The position numbers and the translations under genes are program-made. A stretch of 24,561 nt of DNA, taken from positions 1 to 24,561 of the forward strand of contig CAYJHT010000002.1 in the NCBI GenBank assembly GCA_964369615.1, read 5' to 3'. This DNA is from an uncultured Desulfovibrionaceae bacterium (GTDB lineage: Bacteria > Desulfobacterota > Desulfovibrionia > Desulfovibrionales > Desulfovibrionaceae). Position 1 is the stretch's first letter, and each line of letters starts with the position of its first letter. The notes beneath the pieces were generated by a model. It was not told where the DNA came from and did not search any database. It saw nothing but the letters and a program-made list of their open reading frames with translations. This document shows, piece by piece, positions 16,405 through 24,561 of the stretch.

Positions 16405-18921
16405 CTATTCCTGCGCGTCCTGTTGCGTATCTTGCTGTGTATCTTGTTGCGTATCCACGATAGAATCATCCTCCTCAGCGACAGTCGGCTCCTTCATGCC
16501 ACCTTCATCAACACGGTCAAAGCCCACAACAGTGGCGCCCTCATCCAAGCGTACTAAGCGCACACCCATCGTCGCACGCCCCTTGCTGCGAACCTCATCA
16601 ACGCCAATACGCACTATCTTATTGGAAGAAGTCAAAAGCACAAGCCCATCCTCATCACGCACAGGCATCGCACCAATGACAGGACCCGTCTTGGAGGTCA
16701 CCTTGAAATTGATGATACCCTTGCCACCACGAGATTGCGCTCTATAAAGGTCAACGCGAGTGCGCTTGCCATATCCATTTGTAGAAATAGACATGATTTC
16801 CGTTGTTTGGTCGTCTGCCTTCAATATAACGCACGCAACCACAACATCATTGTTGCGCAATGCAACACCCTTTACACCTGTCGCTGAACGCCCCATAGGA
16901 CGAATATCAAGGCAGTCAAAACGAATAGAAAATCCGTCCGATGTTGCAAGTACAATGTGCGAATCCTCACGGATTGGACGGACAACAACAAGTTCATCAT
17001 CATCACGCAAGCCCACAGCAATAAGACCAGTCTTGCGGCACTTCGCATAAAGCGACGCAGAAGAACGCTTGACCATGCCGCGCTTCGTCACAAAAAGAAA
17101 ATACTTATCTTCCGCAAACTCACGAACAGTCAAAACCGTTGTGACCCACTCGTTCTCTTCCAAAGGTAAAAGATTCGCGATATGCGCTCCCTTAGCTGTA
17201 CGACTTCCTTCAGGGACTTGGTGCACCTTAAGCTGATGCATACGCCCTTGGTTTGTAAAAAGTAACAAGTATTGGTGGTTTGTCGTTGTCAAAAATTCTT
17301 GAACATAATCATCTTCAGAAGTGTGCAAGGCTGCAATGCCCTTGCCGCCGCGCTTTTGCTGCTGATAATTATCAAGCGTAGTACGCTTCATATATCCGCG
17401 TCGCGAAAGGGTAATAACAACTTCTTCATCAGGAATCAAATCTTCAATATCTATGCCTGTCAATTCATCCATCAAAATTTCAGTGCGGCGCTTTGTGGCA
17501 AAAGTATCGCGTATATGGATAATTTCTTCTTGAAGCACAGAACGCAATACACTAATATTATTAAGAATTGACTTGAAATATTCAATTTTTCGCAAAACCT
17601 CTTCATATTCCGCAATCAATTCGTCTCTTTGCAAACCTGTGAGACGCTGCAAACGCATATCAAGAATTGCTTTTGCTTGAATTTCTGAAAGGTTAAATGT
17701 CTCCATCAATTTATGACGCGCTTCTTCAGGAGTTGCGGAAGCACGAATAAGCGCAACTATAGCGTCAATATTATCAAGAGCAATCCGCAAACCTTCCAAA
17801 ATATGCGCACGCGCTTCTGCCTTTTGCAAATCATAACGCGTACGACGAATAACCACTTCACGGCGATGCTCAAGAAAACAACGAAGCGCTGTCTTCAAGT
17901 TTAAAAGCTGCGGTTTATTGTCCACAACCGCAAGCATATTTATACCAAAACTCGTCTCAAGTGGCGTAAATTTATAAAGACTATTGAGGATAATATCCGG
18001 AATACTTCCCCTTCGTAAATCCATAACAATACGGATACCCTTACGGTCTGATTCGTCGCGCAAGTCCGTAATCCCGTCAATCTTGCGCTCATGGACAAGA
18101 GCCGCAATTTTTTCCACAAGATTAGACTTATTAAGACCATATGGAATTTCACGCACTACAATAGATTGAAGCCCTTTTTTACGCTCCTCAATTTCTATCC
18201 GTCCACGAATTTTAACCGTTCCGCGTCCTGTATGATAGGCATCAAAAAGACCCTGCCCCGCATACATAAAGCCATATGTAGGAAAGTCAGGACCTTTCAC
18301 ATATTCCATCAAATCACGAATAGAACAATCCGGATTCTCCAAAAGATGCAAGAGAGCGTCGCTCAATTCACCCAAATTGTGCGGAGGAATATTTGTGGCC
18401 ATGCCAACAGCAATGCCCGATGAACCATTCAAAAGAAGGTTCGGCACCTTGGTCGGCAAAACAGAAGGCTCTTGAAGAGTATTATCATAGTTAGGGCGAA
18501 AGTTGACAGTTTCCTTGTCGATATCTGCAAGAAATTCTCCCGCAAGTCGTGACATACGCGCTTCTGTATAACGCATCGCAGCAGCAGCGTCGCCGTCAAT
18601 AGAACCAAAGTTGCCCTGTCCATCAATGAGCGGGTCGCGCATGGAAAAATCTTGTGCCATGCGCACAAGTGCGTCATACACAGCAGAATCACCGTGTGGG
18701 TGATACTTACCAATGACATCACCCACGATACGCGCGCACTTCTTATGCGGCCTGTTATAGGCATTGCTCAATTCCGATTGAGCAAACATAATACGCCTGT
18801 GGACAGGTTTCAATCCATCTCGCGCGTCCGGAATAGCACGACCTATAATAACTGAAAGTGAATATTCGAGATACGATTTACGCATCTCCTTTTCAATACT
18901 AATCTTTGTTTGCTCAGACAC
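16405..18921 (-). CDS. gyrA: DNA gyrase subunit A
   Basis: [28 protein letters not shown] (catalytic Tyr), GyrA-box QKRGGKG and beta-pinwheel repeats. GTG start. Confidence 0.98.
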   Translation of the reverse strand: MSEQTKISIEKEMRKSYLEYSLSVIIGRAIPDARDGLKPVHRRIMFAQSELSNAYNRPHKKCARIVGDVIGKYHPHGDSAVYDALVRMAQDFSMRDPLIDGQGNFGSIDGDAAAAMRYTEARMSRLAGEFLADIDKETVNFRPNYDNTLQEPSVLPTKVPNLLLNGSSGIAVGMATNIPPHNLGELSDALLHLLENPDCSIRDLMEYVKGPDFPTYGFMYAGQGLFDAYHTGRGTVKIRGRIEIEERKKGLQSIVVREIPYGLNKSNLVEKIAALVHERKIDGITDLRDESDRKGIRIVMDLRRGSIPDIILNSLYKFTPLETSFGINMLAVVDNKPQLLNLKTALRCFLEHRREVVIRRTRYDLQKAEARAHILEGLRIALDNIDAIVALIRASATPEEARHKLMETFNLSEIQAKAILDMRLQRLTGLQRDELIAEYEEVLRKIEYFKSILNNISVLRSVLQEEIIHIRDTFATKRRTEILMDELTGIDIEDLIPDEEVVITLSRRGYMKRTTLDNYQQQKRGGKGIAALHTSEDDYVQEFLTTTNHQYLLLFTNQGRMHQLKVHQVPEGSRTAKGAHIANLLPLEENEWVTTVLTVREFAEDKYFLFVTKRGMVKRSSASLYAKCRKTGLIAVGLRDDDELVVVRPIREDSHIVLATSDGFSIRFDCLDIRPMGRSATGVKGVALRNNDVVVACVILKADDQTTEIMSISTNGYGKRTRVDLYRAQSRGGKGIINFKVTSKTGPVIGAMPVRDEDGLVLLTSSNKIVRIGVDEVRSKGRATMGVRLVRLDEGATVVGFDRVDEGGMKEPTVAEEDDSIVDTQQDTQQDTQQDAQE
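16408..16455 (-). repeat. 12-bp coding tandem repeat x4 ([16 protein letters not shown]) at the GyrA C-terminus
   Basis: GATACGCAACAA GATACACAGCAA GATACGCAACAG GACGCGCAGGAA on the coding strand. Confidence 0.85.
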
Positions 18922-18981
18922 AGGGGCCTCTCTTCAAAATTAAAAATATCCTCTTAAAATGGATACTTTATGTAACATGCT

Positions 18982-21459
<2,478 letters not shown>

Positions 21460-22662
21460 TTATACGTCTTCCTCATTGTAATAGGCTGTATCAACGACTC
21501 TCATGGGCATAATAACAACTATATACTCAGGGTCATCCTTTCCTTGAACGGCACAGACGCCGTCAGCGTCTGTCAGCGTCATATTGAGTGTCGTGGACTT
21601 AAAATGCCCCATGACTTCCATAAGATCGCGCGTGGGAAATGCGATGCGCTCAATATTTCCTTCATACGTAATTTCAATATTTTCCTTTGCAGAACCAACC
21701 TCTTGCCCTTGTGCTGTCAATATGGCTTCCGTACCAGATAAATCAAAATATGTACATTTATCTGCATTGACATTAAAAATAGCAATACGCCCAAGAGCTG
21801 CAATGCACTCGTCCCTCTGCAAGGTCAAAACACTGTAATCTGATTGCAAACGCTGCAAAAAGAATGCATAATCATGATAAATATGCGTGGAACGCGGAAT
21901 ACTCATAGCCTCCTTGCCGTCCAAAGTACGCACGTGAAAACGTTTTTCTGTAATAGCAAGTTCTATTTCTTCATCCGTTAACCATTTTTTCAATTCATCT
22001 AAATGCTTTTTCTGCAACAAAATACCATTTTCAGGCAGTGCCGCGTGCAATTCATCATGCAAAAAAGCCTTAAGAGCAAATTGATGACCGTTAAGCCCAC
22101 ACATTTCTATACGCGAAATACCCATACCTTGAGACTCATCGACATTCGGCAAGGCCTCAGGAAGATAGACAGGCTTCATATAAAGGCATCCGCTTCCGTC
22201 CGTATCATTGTCATTGATACAAAAAAGAATTTTATCAAGAATCTCTTGGAAGAAATCTCCCGACCAAACCACAGCATTTTCAACAGGAAATGGAGAAAGC
22301 TCTTGGAACCATGAGCCATCGTTGATAGGTAATTTGTACTTTTTCCGCCCTTGCTCAAGAATAAGTGTTTTTACATCGTTTTCAAGTGTCTGCACGGTGA
22401 GTGTCATAGGGCCGTCGGGTAATTGCTTTATGAGTTCCACAAAGGAGCGGCCTTGTACGCCGATAATGCCTTCCTCAAGGACTTCTGCATCATATTTTCC
22501 AAAAAATTCTACGTGGCTGTCTGTGGACATGATAGAAAGCGTATTATTTTGCGCATGAAACCACAAGCAGCGAAGATAATACGTGCCGCTCTTTTGAGGA
22601 ATAATACTTGAGGCGCTCAAAAATCCGCGGATAAGATTTTCCTTTAAAAACTTTACCTTCAT
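21460..22662 (-). CDS. dnaN: DNA polymerase III beta sliding clamp
   Basis: Lies between dnaA and gyrB. Has MSTD, NGHQF (aligns with DGHRL) and the C-terminal VIMPMR. Start placed at ATG 22662 with SD TAAGGAG. Confidence 0.93.
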   Translation of the reverse strand: MKVKFLKENLIRGFLSASSIIPQKSGTYYLRCLWFHAQNNTLSIMSTDSHVEFFGKYDAEVLEEGIIGVQGRSFVELIKQLPDGPMTLTVQTLENDVKTLILEQGRKKYKLPINDGSWFQELSPFPVENAVVWSGDFFQEILDKILFCINDNDTDGSGCLYMKPVYLPEALPNVDESQGMGISRIEMCGLNGHQFALKAFLHDELHAALPENGILLQKKHLDELKKWLTDEEIELAITEKRFHVRTLDGKEAMSIPRSTHIYHDYAFFLQRLQSDYSVLTLQRDECIAALGRIAIFNVNADKCTYFDLSGTEAILTAQGQEVGSAKENIEITYEGNIERIAFPTRDLMEVMGHFKSTTLNMTLTDADGVCAVQGKDDPEYIVVIMPMRVVDTAYYNEEDV

Positions 22663-22692
22663 CCCTTGCTCCTTATTTCCATAAATCATCAT

Positions 22693-22970
22693 TTAATATG
22701 TGTTCACAGTGTGTCTTGCCTTTCTTCTTCTTATAGTATTTTAAAGAAAAAGAAATAGTAGTATTATATACTTGCACATTGTGCGTAATTCGATTATTGT
22801 TTTGAAATTATTATATTTTATTGTTCATCTTTTATTAACATAGGTCGAACAAAGGGCACAGATAAGATGATATACTTCTCTTATGAGGTCTTGCTTGTGC
22901 CTTTTGTGTCTGTTTCACGTTTTTGTTTCCTCCTTTGTGTCTTATTTTGTGCAAAACTAGTGTAAATATT
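22693..22970. other. oriC: Putative chromosomal replication origin oriC
   Basis: AT-rich dnaA-dnaN spacer with DnaA-box matches: TTTTGCACA (minus, 22948-22956, perfect), TTACGCACA (minus, 22780-22788) and TTATTAACA (22832-22840). A DnaA-trio run (22755-22766) is followed by an AT-rich stretch toward dnaN. Confidence 0.8.
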
Positions 22971-24251
22971 TTATATATAAAGTTTTTTCTTTATTTCTTC
23001 GATGCTGTTTTGCATATCACTGTCTGTCTCGTGCAGCTTTTTCACTTTGTTTATGGAGTGGATGATGGTGCTGTGATCCCTTCCCCCAAAGACCTTTCCA
23101 AGAGCCGGAGATGAAAGCGCTAAGAGTTCGCGACACAGATATATTGCAATTTGTCGCGCCTTGACAACACTTTGAGTGCGCTGACTGCCTAATAAATCTT
23201 CTTCCTGCAAGGAAAAGTGCAAAGCCGTTTGCGCGATAATACTCTTTGTTTCAATTTTTTTTCTTTCACCACCGGATGAAAGGAGGATGTTTTTTAGGTC
23301 AGCTGTTGTCAATTCTTGAGTTGAAAAAGAGACAAATGCTTGTATTTTATTAAGAATACCGCGTAAAAAAGGAATGTGTTCACATCGCTGCGTAAGGAAT
23401 AACAAATGGTCGCGTGAAAGTTTTATGTCGAGTTCCTTTGCGTATGCTTGCGCATATCTCATGCGTACATCAATGTCGGAGGCCTTCAATTGTACGACAA
23501 GTCCATTGTATAAACGCGAGCGCATGGTATCAAAAAAATGTCGCTCATTGGCCGGTGCGTGTAGGCAGGTGACAATGAGCTGCTTGTTTTCTTTGCAACA
23601 CGTATCCATAAAATGCAAAAACTTTTCTTGCAATGAGACATCCAAAACAGTGCGATGTATGTCATCAATGATAAAGACAGCGTACCTTGCAAGAAAGTGC
23701 GTCAGGTTTTCTTGGCGCAATAAGTCCCAAAACTTTTCGCCCTTTTCAAAAAAGACCGGAAGAGTTTTGACAAAAGATTTGTGCATGTTGCCAAGAATAT
23801 GTGTTTTGCCCGTAGCACTTTCTCCATAAATAATAAAGGGATTATATTTACGAGGTATGTGCATAAGTGCTACATCAGTTGCAGCGGCTATGGGAAAATC
23901 ATTCTTCGAGTTATAGAAGAATTGATGCGTAACATCTTGTTTTATTATATCTTGTCTATTACCAATGTTTTTTGCGCAGTGCAAAAAGGATGCTTGAGTC
24001 TCTCGTGCTTGCGGTGAAATATATAGTATGGAAGCTTCTTGAAAGCCGCTTTCTTGAAGAGCTTCGTGCGCAGCCCTTTCAAAAGTGTCTTGCCACGCCT
24101 TTAAAAACCACGTTTGAAAGAAGGCGTGCGGAAAGGTCACCGACAATGTGTGCGTTTTTTCGTCAAATGCAATGCGAAGAGGAGCAAAGCATTTTTGCAA
24201 TTCATACAAAGGTATGGTTTTTTTTAAATTTTTTTCAATAGATTCTTTCAA
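22971..24251 (-). CDS. dnaA: Chromosomal replication initiator DnaA (divergent AAA+ domain)
   Basis: YNPFIIYGESATGKTH (Walker A), IIDDIH (Walker B), MRSRL (Arg finger) and domain IV signature ARQIAIYL...FGGRDHSTIIHS. TTG start. Confidence 0.92.
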   Translation of the reverse strand: MKESIEKNLKKTIPLYELQKCFAPLRIAFDEKTHTLSVTFPHAFFQTWFLKAWQDTFERAAHEALQESGFQEASILYISPQARETQASFLHCAKNIGNRQDIIKQDVTHQFFYNSKNDFPIAAATDVALMHIPRKYNPFIIYGESATGKTHILGNMHKSFVKTLPVFFEKGEKFWDLLRQENLTHFLARYAVFIIDDIHRTVLDVSLQEKFLHFMDTCCKENKQLIVTCLHAPANERHFFDTMRSRLYNGLVVQLKASDIDVRMRYAQAYAKELDIKLSRDHLLFLTQRCEHIPFLRGILNKIQAFVSFSTQELTTADLKNILLSSGGERKKIETKSIIAQTALHFSLQEEDLLGSQRTQSVVKARQIAIYLCRELLALSSPALGKVFGGRDHSTIIHSINKVKKLHETDSDMQNSIEEIKKKLYI

Positions 24252-24299
24252 AGCAAAAAATTTTTCCAGAAAATACGATTAAAATATGCGAAACAAAGA

Positions 24300-24363
24300 A
24301 TTATATAACAAGATTATGAATTTTTTACAAGTGTATTAAAGGTAAAAAAAAGGGAAATTACAA
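24300..24363 (-). promoter_or_regulatory. Tandem sigma70 promoter candidates for dnaA
   Basis: On the minus strand, TTGTAA-17-TTTAAT (24363..24335) and TTGTAA-19-TATAAT (24330..24300). The AT-rich context lowers significance. Confidence 0.35.
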
Positions 24364-24394
24364 GTCATTCTAATTTCGTTTTTTTTGAAAAACA

Positions 24395-24493
24395 CTTGGG
24401 AGGAAACTTTTTTTATTTTTTATTTATTTTTTTCTTGGGGGGAAACTTTTTTTATTTTTTATTTATTTTTTTCTTGGGGGGAAACTTTTTTTA
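24395..24493. repeat. 39-bp direct tandem repeat, about 2.5 copies
   Basis: Unit CTTGGG(A/G)GGAAACTTTTTTTATTTTTTATTTATTTTTTT at 24395-24433 and 24434-24472 (1 mismatch), plus a 21-bp partial copy at 24473-24493. Confidence 0.92.
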
Positions 24494-24561
24494 GAAAAAA
24501 AAATATTTTAACGAAAGCCGCCAATGAAAAAAAGAAAAAATATATATTCACGCAGACGAAA

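Noticed and set aside
18672..18710. Quinolone-resistance substitutions in the GyrA QRDR
   Set aside because: [10 protein letters not shown] retains Ser and Asp at the E. coli 83 and 87 equivalents.
18922..18981. Short TATCC...GGATA inverted repeat between gyrB and gyrA
   Set aside because: Stem too short and weak to call a terminator or operator.
24395..24493. Possible CRISPR array or iteron set
   Set aside because: Units are contiguous with no unique spacers and are low complexity; no cas or rep gene in the window.

Overview
Chromosomal replication-origin and partition region of a bacterium, probably an AT-rich member of the Desulfovibrionaceae. That assignment is inferred from the divergent DnaA/DnaN sequences, the lack of recF and the gene order. 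A co-directional minus-strand run of about 17 kb reads dnaA - [oriC] - dnaN - gyrB - gyrA - TPR protein - purF - hisS - aspS - def - fmt - DUF116 - rsmB. It meets a parA / antisense hypothetical / parB locus bracketed by three parS sites. To the left are a DsbA-family protein, a MerR-like HTH/coiled-coil protein, and a divergent pair of peptidoglycan hydrolase genes (NlpC/P60 with a sigma54-type promoter, and M23). No mobile element, CRISPR array or RNA gene is evident. The main observations are: (i) a Zn-ribbon gene inserted antisense between parA and parB with no room for promoters, a possible extra ParABS component or non-contiguous operon; (ii) two parS sites arranged as a hairpin just after parB; (iii) a RacA/TubY-like protein near ori with a DnaA box in its promoter; (iv) an origin-linked DnaA with a degenerate AAA+ module but intact domain IV, next to an oriC with DnaA-trios and non-canonical repeated 9-mers; (v) a 39-bp tandem repeat upstream of dnaA.
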